Shown: positions 18,203-27,933 of the stretch, piece after piece
Position numbering within the stretch: the stretch's first letter is position 1
Layout of the letters: each line of letters begins with the position of its first letter
NCBI GenBank assembly: GCA_018992685.1
Contig: JACVGT010000018.1
Location: 96,001 to 160,000 of the forward strand
From: Theionarchaea archaeon
GTDB lineage: Archaea > Methanobacteriota_B > Thermococci > Methanofastidiosales > SZ-28-30
DNA length: 64,000 bases
Reading direction: 5' to 3'
The notes under the pieces: model-generated
Told to the model about the DNA's origin: nothing
The model's input: the letters and a program-made list of their open reading frames with translations, nothing else
The model's database searches: none
Program-made: the position numbers and the translations under genes

Positions 18203-20907
18203 TCTTCTCCCTCCTTCTGTAACGTGATCACATCCACCTTTCTGATGGCACAAGCACAGACCTTGAGCTCCGGAATCTTGGCCTCAGGGTCCAGAGCATC
18301 ATTCGTCAGTCTGTTGGCCGGCGCCTCGCTAAAGTGGAAGGGGATAAACACAGATTGTGGAGCCACTCTGTCAGAGATTTTGGCTCTTACTGTAATTCTC
18401 CCTCTTCTGGTAGTGACTTCCACAAAATCATCCTGGTTAATGTTGAGGATATCTGCATCCTGGGAGGAAATCTCCACGTAGCCTTCATGGACAAAGGAGT
18501 CCAGTGCTTCTACTTTCCTGGACATTGTCCCCGTGTGATAATGAAAGAGAATTCTGCCTGTTGAGAGCACGAAAGGATACTCCTCGTCAGGACATTCTGC
18601 AGGGGGCACAAAGTCCACAGGGGAGAATAATCCCATTCCTCTTGAGAACGTTCCCCTGTGCAGGTACGGCGTCCCAGGATGGTCTTCAGATGGACATGGC
18701 CACTGGAGGCCTTCTGTAACCCTTTCTGGGGTAATTCCTCTGTAGATTGGCGTTACTTGGTTGATCTCCCTTAAAATATCCCATACTGTCCCATATTCCA
18801 TGGGGTATCCCATTTTCCCCGCTATCGATCCAATGATTTGCCAGTCAGTCTTGGTGTTTGGAGGTGGTTCCACCACTCTTCTTCCTGGCTGGATGCGCCT
18901 TTCAGTATTGGTGAAGGTACCCTCTTTCTCCAGTGCCGCCTGTGAAGGAAGCACCACATCTGCTAGCAGAGCAGTTTCGGTCATAAAAATATCCTGTACT
19001 ACCAGAAATTCCAGATTTTTCAACGCCCTTTCTACATGGTTGGTATTGGGGTCCGAAACCATGGGATTTTCACCCACGATGTACATTCCCTTGATTTCGC
19101 CCAGGGCTGCCTTGTTTATCATCTCTACAACAGTGAGCCCAGGGTTATCTGACAGAGCGACGCCCCAGGCAGTTTCAAACTGCTCCCGTGCTTCAGGACT
19201 GGTCACGGGCTGATATCCTGGATACACTGAGGACAGGGCACCGACATCGCAGGCTCCCTGTACATTTCCCTGGCCCCGGAGAGGGTTAACTCCGGTAGAG
19301 GGCCTGCCCACGTTTCCAGTAAGCAAGGCCAGATTGGCCAGTGATAGCACGTTGTCAGTGCCAGTAATGTGCTGGGTTATTCCCATGGAGAACACGATCG
19401 ACGCTTTTTCAGCCTGGCCAAAAAGGAGAGCAGCCTCCTGTATTTTCTCTGAGGAAACTCCCGTAATATCCTCCACCCTTTCTGGGGTGTACTCGCCTAC
19501 TACATTAATAAAATCAGAAAATCCTTCTGTTCGGGTTTCTATAAAATCCTGGCTGTGCAACCCTTGCGTATATATGTAATTCATAATGCCATTGAGCACT
19601 GCCACATCAGTGCCGTTCTTGAGCTGAAGATGGACATGAGCAGATGAAGCGAGGTCTATGGCTCGAGGGTCTGCTACAATGAGGGCAGCTCCCTTTCGAA
19701 CTGCATTTCTAATGAAGGTGGCAATAACGGGGTGTGTCTCGGTGGTATTTGAACCCATGACAAAGATACAGTCACTGTCAGCGAGCTCAGCAATGGAATT
19801 GGTCATAGCACCTGAGCCAAATGCTCTGGTCAATCCTGCCACAGTGGAGGCATGGCAAAGACGGGCACAGTGATCTACATTGTTGTTATGGAACAGAACC
19901 CTCACGAATTTCTGGAAGAGGTAGTTCTCTTCATTGGTGCACCGTGCTGACGACAATCCCCCCAGCACGTGAGGTCCGTACGTGGTCAGCATTCTGGAGA
20001 ATGTGTCTGCCACATGGTGAATCGCTTCATCCCAGGTGACTTCTACAAATGTGCCGTTCATCTTGATAAGAGGGGAGGTCAGTCGGTTTATTTCTAAGTA
20101 TTGATGCCCAAATCGTCCCTTTACACACAATCGTCCTTCATTTGCTGGCCCGTCCTTACCTTTGACTTTGACAATGTGGTTGTTTTTTATATAAACCTGA
20201 ATCAAACACCCCACACCGCAGTATTCGCACACTGTGTCTGTACTGGTGAGCTCCCACGTTCTCCCTTTTCGTACTGCCTCCTTTTCGTACAGAGCTCCCA
20301 CAGGACAGGCCTGGATGCATTCACCACATCCATCACACGAGCTTTCTTTCCATATCCCGTTGTATCCAGCCCACACCCTGATCTCATTGCTGCGTTCAAC
20401 CATGTCCAGAACGTGTTTTTCCTGAAGTTCATCGCACGCTTTCACACATCTATAACATTTTATGCATTTCCGCGGGTCAAACACGAGGACTTGTGTCTCA
20501 TGAACAGGTGACGCCGTGTAAGCAGGGGGATACACCTCACTAGATGAATCAATGCCATATCGATACGCCAAGTCCTCCAAATCACAGCTACCCGCAGCTT
20601 CACACGTCATGCAGTCATGGTGATGTTCTGAAAGGATCAACTGCAGTGTCTCTTTCCGGTAACCTTCTATTTCCGGAGTGAAAACTTGAATATCCATCCC
20701 CTCACAGACAGTCAAAGTGCAGGCCATCTCCACCTTATCAGTCTTAGTATCTTTGATACAGCACAGGCGACAACATCCAGTTGGAGACACTTTTCCGTTG
20801 TAACAGAGCCCAGGGACGTCAACCCCTGAAGAGCGCAGCTCAGATAACAGGGTTTCCCCCTTGGTCAGCTGCATGGGGTTTCCGTCGACAGTAATCTCCA
20901 CCTGCAT
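18199..20907 (-). CDS. fdhF: Formate dehydrogenase alpha subunit (Mo/W-bisPGD, Cys-liganded) with NuoG-like FeS N-terminus
   Basis: N-terminal 2Fe-2S/4Fe-4S motifs; CEYCGVGC, LCVKGRFG, VDHCARLCHAST, PLRGQGNVQG, IPELKVCA. Confidence 0.92.
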   Translation of the reverse strand: MQVEITVDGNPMQLTKGETLLSELRSSGVDVPGLCYNGKVSPTGCCRLCCIKDTKTDKVEMACTLTVCEGMDIQVFTPEIEGYRKETLQLILSEHHHDCMTCEAAGSCDLEDLAYRYGIDSSSEVYPPAYTASPVHETQVLVFDPRKCIKCYRCVKACDELQEKHVLDMVERSNEIRVWAGYNGIWKESSCDGCGECIQACPVGALYEKEAVRKGRTWELTSTDTVCEYCGVGCLIQVYIKNNHIVKVKGKDGPANEGRLCVKGRFGHQYLEINRLTSPLIKMNGTFVEVTWDEAIHHVADTFSRMLTTYGPHVLGGLSSARCTNEENYLFQKFVRVLFHNNNVDHCARLCHASTVAGLTRAFGSGAMTNSIAELADSDCIFVMGSNTTETHPVIATFIRNAVRKGAALIVADPRAIDLASSAHVHLQLKNGTDVAVLNGIMNYIYTQGLHSQDFIETRTEGFSDFINVVGEYTPERVEDITGVSSEKIQEAALLFGQAEKASIVFSMGITQHITGTDNVLSLANLALLTGNVGRPSTGVNPLRGQGNVQGACDVGALSSVYPGYQPVTSPEAREQFETAWGVALSDNPGLTVVEMINKAALGEIKGMYIVGENPMVSDPNTNHVERALKNLEFLVVQDIFMTETALLADVVLPSQAALEKEGTFTNTERRIQPGRRVVEPPPNTKTDWQIIGSIAGKMGYPMEYGTVWDILREINQVTPIYRGITPERVTEGLQWPCPSEDHPGTPYLHRGTFSRGMGLFSPVDFVPPAECPDEEYPFVLSTGRILFHYHTGTMSRKVEALDSFVHEGYVEISSQDADILNINQDDFVEVTTRRGRITVRAKISDRVAPQSVFIPFHFSEAPANRLTNDALDPEAKIPELKVCACAIRKVDVITLQKEGEE

Positions 20908-22133
20908 TAAACTACCTCCAGGTTCAGGCCTGACTGCAGGGGCATTACAACGGACTGGCCCAGAGGACATAGGCAGGTCTTGTTCATGACCCGGGCAAGA
21001 CTGAGGATTCTGTCAATGCCATCTTCGGGTTCTATTGTTCCGGTGGCCATACCACTGAGCAGGCGATGAATCTGAACAATACCCACCCTGCAGGGGGCAC
21101 AGAGCCCACAGGATTCACGCATAAAGAACTCCATAATGCCGACCAGAATATCCAGGATATTGGTATCGCAATCCAGAACTACCACAACGCCTGAACCGAG
21201 CTGGGCATTCACCTGGTTCAGATGTTCAAAACTCAGAGGAACACTGAGGTTCTCTTTTCCCAAGAATGTTCCTGCAGCAGCTCCTCCCACCAGGACTGCC
21301 TTCAGCGTTTTCCCTTTTTTTATTCCGCCTGCATGGGTTAGAATGAGGGTTTCCAGAGAAGTCCCCATGGGCAGTTCATAACATCCAGGTCTTCTAACTG
21401 CACCTGAAACGGGAAAGAGCTTGGTGCCAGTAGACTGCGGCGTTCCTACTGAAGAGAACCACTTGCTGCCACCTGCAATGATCGCCGGTATGGTGGCCAG
21501 TGTTTCTACATTATTGACCACAGTGGGCTTACCGAATAATCCCCTGGACGTGGGATAGGGGGGTCTGATACGGGGATTCCCTCTTTTCCCTTCCAGAGAG
21601 GATATCAGGGCTGTTTCCTCTCCACACACATAGGAGCCAGCTCCCGCTCTCACTTTAATGTCAAAGCAGAAGTCAGAGCCAGCTATCTTGTTCCCCAGGA
21701 AGTGATGCTTCCGTGCGTCAGCACAGGCCTCGTCAAGCAGGTTCAGGCAGTGTGAATACTCTCCCCGCACGTATATGAACCCGTGAGAAGCACCCACTGC
21801 ATACCCTGCAATGGCAATTCCTTCAATCAGTTTGTGAGGGTCTCCTTCCATGATGAGACGGTCTTTGAATGCCCCCGGTTCACCCTCATCTGCATTGGCC
21901 ACCACATAGGCGGTGTCCTTCCGAGAGGCTGCATATCGCCATTTTGTCCCTGTGGGAAACCCTGCTCCCCCTCTTCCGCGGAGTTTGGAATCTTCCACTT
22001 CTCTTATCACAGATTCAGGATCTCTGGTCAGGCATTCCTTCAGAGCCTCATACCCTCCTTTCCCTGTGTATTCTCTTACAGACGCAGGGGTTTCATAACT
22101 GCCCACATTGTTGAGAACGATCTGTTCATTCAT
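20907..22133 (-). CDS. nuoF: NuoF-like FMN/NADH diaphorase subunit (short form)
   Basis: LRGRGGAGFPTG, NADEGEPG, GAGSYVCGEET, ESCGLCAPCR..CLCPLG; no extra ferredoxin or thioredoxin-like domains. Confidence 0.9.
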   Translation of the reverse strand: MNEQIVLNNVGSYETPASVREYTGKGGYEALKECLTRDPESVIREVEDSKLRGRGGAGFPTGTKWRYAASRKDTAYVVANADEGEPGAFKDRLIMEGDPHKLIEGIAIAGYAVGASHGFIYVRGEYSHCLNLLDEACADARKHHFLGNKIAGSDFCFDIKVRAGAGSYVCGEETALISSLEGKRGNPRIRPPYPTSRGLFGKPTVVNNVETLATIPAIIAGGSKWFSSVGTPQSTGTKLFPVSGAVRRPGCYELPMGTSLETLILTHAGGIKKGKTLKAVLVGGAAAGTFLGKENLSVPLSFEHLNQVNAQLGSGVVVVLDCDTNILDILVGIMEFFMRESCGLCAPCRVGIVQIHRLLSGMATGTIEPEDGIDRILSLARVMNKTCLCPLGQSVVMPLQSGLNLEVV

Positions 22134-22608
22134 GAGAAATCCTCTCCAGTATCTCCCTGATCTTCTCACGAGTCAGATCACCATAGACCTCACCATCAAC
22201 CATCATGGCTGGTGCTCTCTCACACACTCCAAGGCAGGATGAAGGTTCCAGCGTGACAAGATTGTCGCTGGTGGTCTCACCCGGAGATATCCCAAGCAGG
22301 TCTTCCAGCATGGTTATGATACTGTAGTGGATACTGCAGCTGGGAGAGGTGCACACCCTGATAACATACTTTCCTCTGGGCTCGAGAGAAAACATGGAAT
22401 AGAAAGAGGCAACACCATATACTTCCGCGCAGGATATCCTGAGGTATGCTGCAGTTTCTCTCAGAGCATCCTCAGAAATGTAATGGGCTGGAGTGCTCCC
22501 CTGAAGGCGATGCAGAATGGGGAGAAGGTTTTCCCTTCTGGGTTCATATTCCTTCAGGATGGCACTAATAGAGCCTGAGGGTTTTTGTGGAAGATGGTCA
22601 CCTTTCAT
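22126..22608 (-). CDS. nuoE: NuoE-like 2Fe-2S subunit
   Basis: VYGVASFYSMF, CTSPSC, SCLGVCERAP. Confidence 0.9.
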   Translation of the reverse strand: MKGDHLPQKPSGSISAILKEYEPRRENLLPILHRLQGSTPAHYISEDALRETAAYLRISCAEVYGVASFYSMFSLEPRGKYVIRVCTSPSCSIHYSIITMLEDLLGISPGETTSDNLVTLEPSSCLGVCERAPAMMVDGEVYGDLTREKIREILERISHE

Positions 22609-23353
22609 GCTTTTCCACCTGGGTCAAATGGGTTACTGCGGGCTGGTGTCTCAGTCTGAGCATTTTTCAAGCCAGGGTAGCTATCTCAGGGTAGAAAGGT
22701 TCCATATATAAACTTTTACCTATGTCAACAATTAAGAAAAAAGACAAAATTGAAATCTTCTGCCCTTTCTGTCACGTAAAGGCAGTTGCTACAGTTGAGT
22801 TTCTGCACTGTACAGGCTACCTAGTTCTCATCCCTAAATGGTAGTTACTGGATTCTGCGGGTAGGCAACCCCCAGAACTTCGTCAAACGTGCCTGAGCTA
22901 GATATGGCTATCGAATAGCATCATGGTGGGAATTCTGAAGACATCCTTGTATATGAGATAAATTACTTACCTGCCATCCTATCTTTCATAAAGAAGAACT
23001 GACCCTGCTTCTTCGTGAAATCATATTGAATCTTGTAGGAAAGAAGATGGTCATGGAATACAAAATCCGTGTACGCTTTCGAAACCCCTGCGTTGACTGG
23101 AATTGTCCAATGATTCTCTTCAGCACTTGAAGGTGACTTATCAAGTATGGGGGGAGACTGGTTCCCAGACTCCAGTAATTTTCTTCTGGACAACCATAAC
23201 AAGATTGAATACAGTAGCAAGACACAGTGTCGTCTTAGCCGCAGCGGCCAGACTCACGTGATGCTCCTACCCATTGTTTAGAATCTCAAGACATTCGCAA
23301 AAGTTGCTGAATTGCTGAGAGAAAAGACGATTTATTGGACAACTCCGTGTTGG

Positions 23354-23375
23354 TGTTGAGCATAACATTTATAAG
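23354..23375 (+). promoter_or_regulatory. Putative promoter of nuoE-nuoF::gltD operon (inverted repeat plus TATA)
   Basis: TGTTGAGCATAACA immediately followed by TTTATAAG. Confidence 0.4.
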
Positions 23376-23560
23376 ATGAAATCCTTTGCTTTTGAACATG
23401 GATAAAGCACTTCCGATGGTGGCAGGTGAACAGTCTGGACTTTCTTGTAGTGTACTTCTTGGCATTCATCAGATCCTGTCGAAAGGAAGTGAGCGGAGGG
23501 TTTTTGTCCTCTTGAAGGATTCATGTCATCTTTTCAATTGAAGAGGAGGTAGAGTTCACC

Positions 23561-24043
23561 ATGAAAGATACAACTGCGGTTGTAAAGTCTGTGTTGGATA
23601 GATGGAATAATGATAGCGCATGCTTGATCTCCATTTTGCTGGATATTCAGGAAGAGCTGAATTATCTGCCCCATGAGACAATCACTGCCATTGCTGATAG
23701 TCTGGGTATTCCCCTCATCGATGTATATTCTGCTGCAACTTTCTACACAGTTTTTAGCCTAGAACCCAGAGGCAAACACATCGTCAATGTTTGTGTTGGA
23801 ACAGCATGTCACGTTCGGGGGGGAAAGCGAATCCTGGACAGAATTCAGAGAGATTTGAAGCTTAACCCCGGAGAGACAACAGAGGATGGTCTTTTCACCC
23901 TAGAAACAGTCAGGTGCCTCGGGTGCTGTGCGTTGGGCCCTGTGATGGTTGTGGACGAAACCTACTATCCACACATGACCACAAAAAAGGCAGACACGAT
24001 TCTCAGCAAGTACAGAAAAGACTCAGAAGGAGTGGTTGCATGA
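23561..24043 (+). CDS. nuoE: NuoE/HydC-like 2Fe-2S subunit
   Basis: ATFYTVFS, CVGTACHVRG, RCLGCCALGP; SD GAGGAGG. Confidence 0.92.
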   Translation: MKDTTAVVKSVLDRWNNDSACLISILLDIQEELNYLPHETITAIADSLGIPLIDVYSAATFYTVFSLEPRGKHIVNVCVGTACHVRGGKRILDRIQRDLKLNPGETTEDGLFTLETVRCLGCCALGPVMVVDETYYPHMTTKKADTILSKYRKDSEGVVA

Positions 24044-27000
24044 CTAGCATAGAGGAATTTCAACTACAGTGTACTGAAATTCGGAGGAAAAGATCAGAGA
24101 CTGCAGACAGCCCGACAATAGTCATATCATCTGGGACATGCGGTCGGGCTAGAGGATCTGCTGAGGTTGCCATAGCATTGGAGGAAGCCATTAGAGCCCA
24201 TAACCTAGAAAACAAAGTGAGCCTGAGGATAACAGGATGCCAGGGATTTTGTCAGGTGGCACCCATCGTTGTCATTCAACCTGAAAACATTTTCTACCAG
24301 GGTGTAACTCCAGAAGACGCAGAAGAGATCGTCACGGAAACAGTCATGAACAAGAAGGTCGTAAACAGACTACTCTATCCCGACCCACAGATTGGTGAGG
24401 GAATTCTGTCCAAAGAAGACATTCCTTTTTTCACCAAACAAAGAAAAATCCTCCTGGAAAACAATAGCCTGGTAGATCCAACGAATATTGATGATTATAT
24501 CGGAATTGGCGGCTATTCTGCACTGTGTAGAGCTTTAAGAGATACCAATCCTGAAGAAATAATAGAGACAATAAAATCATCTGGCCTCAGAGGGAGAGGT
24601 GGTGCGGGATTTCCTACTGGCCTGAAATGGCAGTTCTGCAGGAATTCAAAGGGTGATCGCAAGTATATCGTGTGCAATGCTGATGAAGGTGATCCCGGAG
24701 CCTATATGAATAGGAGCCTTTTAGAAGGGAATCCTCATTCAGTGCTTGAAGGCATGCTAATTGGCGCATATGCAATAGGAGCACAACAGGGATATATCTA
24801 CATCCGACACGAATACCCTCTTGCAGTCAAGCATGTCTTGATCGCTGTTGAACAAATGAGGGAAAAGGGCCTTTTGGGCAAGGATATTTTGGGTACGGGT
24901 TTCGAATTTGACATCAAGGTGGTAAAGGGTGCTGGAGCCTTTGTTTGTGGCGAGGAGACTGCACTCATCGCATCTGTTGAAGGAAGGAAGGGTGAACCCA
25001 GACAGAGACCACCATTCCCTGCACAGAAAGGCATATGGGGAAAACCAACAAACATTAACAACGTAGAGACCTGGGCCAATGTTCCACATATAATAAACAA
25101 TGGGGCAGAATGGTACTCACAAATCGGCACAGAAAGGAGCAAGGGCACAAAGATATTCTCTCTCGTAGGGAAGATAAACAATACAGGACTCGTTGAAGTA
25201 CCAATGGGAATAACATTGAAAGAAATGGTATATGATATCGGTGGTGGAATACCAAAGGGCAGGAAATTCAAGGCCGTACAAACAGGTGGCCCATCTGGAG
25301 GATGCATACCAGCAGAATTATTGGGTCTCAAGGTTGACTATGAGCAGTTGAAAGAAGTTGGCTCTATCATGGGCTCTGGCGGTATGGTCATCATGGACGA
25401 GGATACTTGTATGGTAGATACTGCCAAGTACTTCCTGGAGTTCCTGCAAGAAGAATCCTGCGGGAAATGTACAACCTGTAGAGAAGGTATCGAGCGACTT
25501 ATTGAGATTCTCACAGACATTACTGAAGGAAAAGGAAGCCTCGAAGACCTAGAAACCTTACGAGATTTGGGTGAACTGGTCAGAGATGCGTCCATGTGCG
25601 GACTTGGACAGACTGCACCCAATCCGTTGCTGTCTACCCTCACCTACTTCTATGACGAGTATCTGCAACACATCAAGTACAAGAGGTGCCCTGCAGCTGT
25701 TTGTAAGGAGATTACCTCTGCTCCATGCCAGCATACCTGCCCCATTGGTACGGAGGCGGTGGTCTATGTCTCCTTAATAGCCCAGGGCAGGTACGATGAG
25801 GCCTTCACCATCATCAGGAAAGATAATCCTCTTCCATCTGTTTGCGCCCGAGTGTGCAGCCATCCCTGTGAATCTAAGTGCCAGGCGGGCAAGTTCGGAA
25901 ATCCCATCGCTATCAGAGCACTGAAACGGTTTGCCACAGATTATGCAATGAAGAACAAGTTGATCTATCCCATTACGAAGGAGAACAAGAGAAAGGAGAA
26001 AGTAGCTATCATTGGATCTGGACCCGGGGGCCTGACCGCAGGCTACTACCTGGCTATCAAGGGGTACAATGTTACTGTCTTTGAGTCACTTCCCCTCTTG
26101 GGAGGAGCTCTGGCAGTCTACATCCCGGAGCATCGTCTTCCCAGAGACATGCTCAACTATGACATTGAGAACATCAGAAAGGCAGGGGTTGAGTTCAAAA
26201 CCAATACTACCGTGGGCAAAGATATCTCCTTCAAAGAGCTCAAAGACACGTATGATGCCATCTTCATAGCTACCGGGGCCCACAAATCCATGGAACTGGG
26301 CATTCCTGGTGAAGAAGCTGAGGGGGTCATTCACGCTCTAGACTTTTTGAAAGATGTGAGCCTGGGAACCAAAGTCACTGTTGGACGAAGAGTGGGAGTG
26401 ATTGGAGGCGGTAATGCAGCTGTGGATGCTGCTCGTGTGGCTGCCCGTCTTGAAGACTGTGACACGGTGACGATTCTCTACCGAAGAACCAGGAAGGAAA
26501 TGCCTGCCTTTGAGGAGGAGACTGAAGCCTGCCTTGAGGAACAGATTGACATCCAGTTCTTGACTGCTCCTAGGAAAATCCTCACTGAGAAAGGTAGGGT
26601 TACAGGCGTGGAATGCGTGAAGATGCAGCTGGGAGAAATTGATGAAAGTGGCAGACGACGGCCCATCCCCATTGAGGGCTCAGAATTCGTGGTGCAGCTT
26701 GATACCCTGATTGTGGCCATCAGCGAACGTCCTGATGTTTCATTCCTGAAGGGTCATGAAGGTGTCGAATTCACCAAATGGGGAACTATTGTGGCAGACC
26801 CTGAAACCTATGTCACGGGGTTGGAAGGCGTCTTCGCTGGCGGAGATGTGGTCACCGGTCCCAACGTGGCTATTTATGCTATGGGAGCGGGAAAAGTGGT
26901 GGCTGAGATGATCCATCAGTATCTCCAGGGGAAGACACTGCAACCAGAGTACAAGGTAACCAGACCGTCCATGTACCTTAATCCTGTGGAACTGTCCGAA

Positions 27001-27186
27001 GAAGAAGTGGCTGAAGCAGAGCGTCCCGCCACGCGGTGTATATCTGTTGAAGAACGAGTATGCTCCTTCAACGAAGTAGACCTGGGGCTCTCTGAGGAAC
27101 AGGCAGTGAAGGAAGCCCGGCGCTGCTTGCGATGCGATCTGGAAACAGAGGAGGGAAGAAAAAAAGTTGAGGAGGTGACAGCATGA
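24040..27186 (+). CDS. NuoF/HydB-like diaphorase fused to GltD/SudA-like FAD-NAD(P)H domain
   Basis: Thioredoxin-like 2Fe-2S N-terminus (TGCQGFCQ), GRGGAGFPTG, NADEGDPG, GGPSGGC, ESCGKCTTCREG; then APCQHTCP, CARVCSHPCE, IGSGPGG, GGGNAAVD, FAGGDVVTGP, EARRCLRC. Confidence 0.9.
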   Translation: MTSIEEFQLQCTEIRRKRSETADSPTIVISSGTCGRARGSAEVAIALEEAIRAHNLENKVSLRITGCQGFCQVAPIVVIQPENIFYQGVTPEDAEEIVTETVMNKKVVNRLLYPDPQIGEGILSKEDIPFFTKQRKILLENNSLVDPTNIDDYIGIGGYSALCRALRDTNPEEIIETIKSSGLRGRGGAGFPTGLKWQFCRNSKGDRKYIVCNADEGDPGAYMNRSLLEGNPHSVLEGMLIGAYAIGAQQGYIYIRHEYPLAVKHVLIAVEQMREKGLLGKDILGTGFEFDIKVVKGAGAFVCGEETALIASVEGRKGEPRQRPPFPAQKGIWGKPTNINNVETWANVPHIINNGAEWYSQIGTERSKGTKIFSLVGKINNTGLVEVPMGITLKEMVYDIGGGIPKGRKFKAVQTGGPSGGCIPAELLGLKVDYEQLKEVGSIMGSGGMVIMDEDTCMVDTAKYFLEFLQEESCGKCTTCREGIERLIEILTDITEGKGSLEDLETLRDLGELVRDASMCGLGQTAPNPLLSTLTYFYDEYLQHIKYKRCPAAVCKEITSAPCQHTCPIGTEAVVYVSLIAQGRYDEAFTIIRKDNPLPSVCARVCSHPCESKCQAGKFGNPIAIRALKRFATDYAMKNKLIYPITKENKRKEKVAIIGSGPGGLTAGYYLAIKGYNVTVFESLPLLGGALAVYIPEHRLPRDMLNYDIENIRKAGVEFKTNTTVGKDISFKELKDTYDAIFIATGAHKSMELGIPGEEAEGVIHALDFLKDVSLGTKVTVGRRVGVIGGGNAAVDAARVAARLEDCDTVTILYRRTRKEMPAFEEETEACLEEQIDIQFLTAPRKILTEKGRVTGVECVKMQLGEIDESGRRRPIPIEGSEFVVQLDTLIVAISERPDVSFLKGHEGVEFTKWGTIVADPETYVTGLEGVFAGGDVVTGPNVAIYAMGAGKVVAEMIHQYLQGKTLQPEYKVTRPSMYLNPVELSEEEVAEAERPATRCISVEERVCSFNEVDLGLSEEQAVKEARRCLRCDLETEEGRKKVEEVTA

Positions 27187-27893
27187 TAACACTGACCATC
27201 AATGGACTGGACCTGCAAGCTGAACAGGGGTGGAGTATCCTGGAAACCTGTGAATTCTATGGAATAGAAATACCCACCTTATGCTACCATGAAGGTCTTT
27301 CCCCATATGGAGCCTGCAGGTTGTGCATTGTGGAGATTGGAGAGGGAGAGAGAGCAAAGGTCGTGACCTCCTGTACCTATCCTGCTCAGGAAGGGCTGAA
27401 GGTCAGAACTCATTCTGAAAAGATCCACAAGTACAGGAAATTGATCATAGAACTGCTGCTTGCCAGATGCCCCACCTCAAAGACCGTGCAAGATCTGGCA
27501 TCGAAACTGGGAGTCACTAAGGTGCGCTTTTCCATCAAGAATGATGACTGCATTCTCTGTGGGCTGTGTACACGCATATGCGAGGAGCAGATGGATGCCA
27601 GAGCCATTGGATTTGTTAACAGAGGGAAGGACAGAAAGATTACTACCCCGTTTGACATAAAATCTGATGTGTGTCGGACCTGCGGTGCCTGCATGTACGT
27701 CTGTCCAGCATGTCAGCTGAGATGCCACGGGCCTGAACCTCCGGGCGCTGTGTGCGGAGGCTGTCTCAATATCGAGTATCCATGTCTGGATGTATATGAG
27801 GACGTCCACTGCTACGTGGACCCCTGCGCTGCATGTCTCTTATCAGAAGCAGAAAAGAAGAAGGAGGAAGAAAAAAAGGAGGTCAAAGCATGA
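27183..27893 (+). CDS. NuoG/HydA N-terminal-like FeS subunit without catalytic domain
   Basis: IPTLCYH..GACRLC..SC, CILCGLCTRIC, CRTCGACMYVCP and extra C-terminal Cys cluster. Confidence 0.88.
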   Translation: MITLTINGLDLQAEQGWSILETCEFYGIEIPTLCYHEGLSPYGACRLCIVEIGEGERAKVVTSCTYPAQEGLKVRTHSEKIHKYRKLIIELLLARCPTSKTVQDLASKLGVTKVRFSIKNDDCILCGLCTRICEEQMDARAIGFVNRGKDRKITTPFDIKSDVCRTCGACMYVCPACQLRCHGPEPPGAVCGGCLNIEYPCLDVYEDVHCYVDPCAACLLSEAEKKKEEEKKEVKA

Positions 27894-27933
27894 CTATCAA
27901 GATTAAGAATGAATGTATAGAGGAGGTAAAACC

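Noticed and set aside
14167-20907. Selenocysteine recoding in FDH or hydrogenase
   Set aside because: Both active sites are Cys-encoded (CARLCH; DPCISC) and the ORFs have no in-frame TGA.
22840-22920. GGCAACC suggesting a SAM-I riboswitch
   Set aside because: Other conserved SAM-I elements are missing and the position does not fit a leader.
22963-23225. 85-aa and 79-aa minus-strand ORFs in the divergent spacer
   Set aside because: No SD or recognisable motif, and they overlap in different frames; a decayed remnant cannot be excluded.
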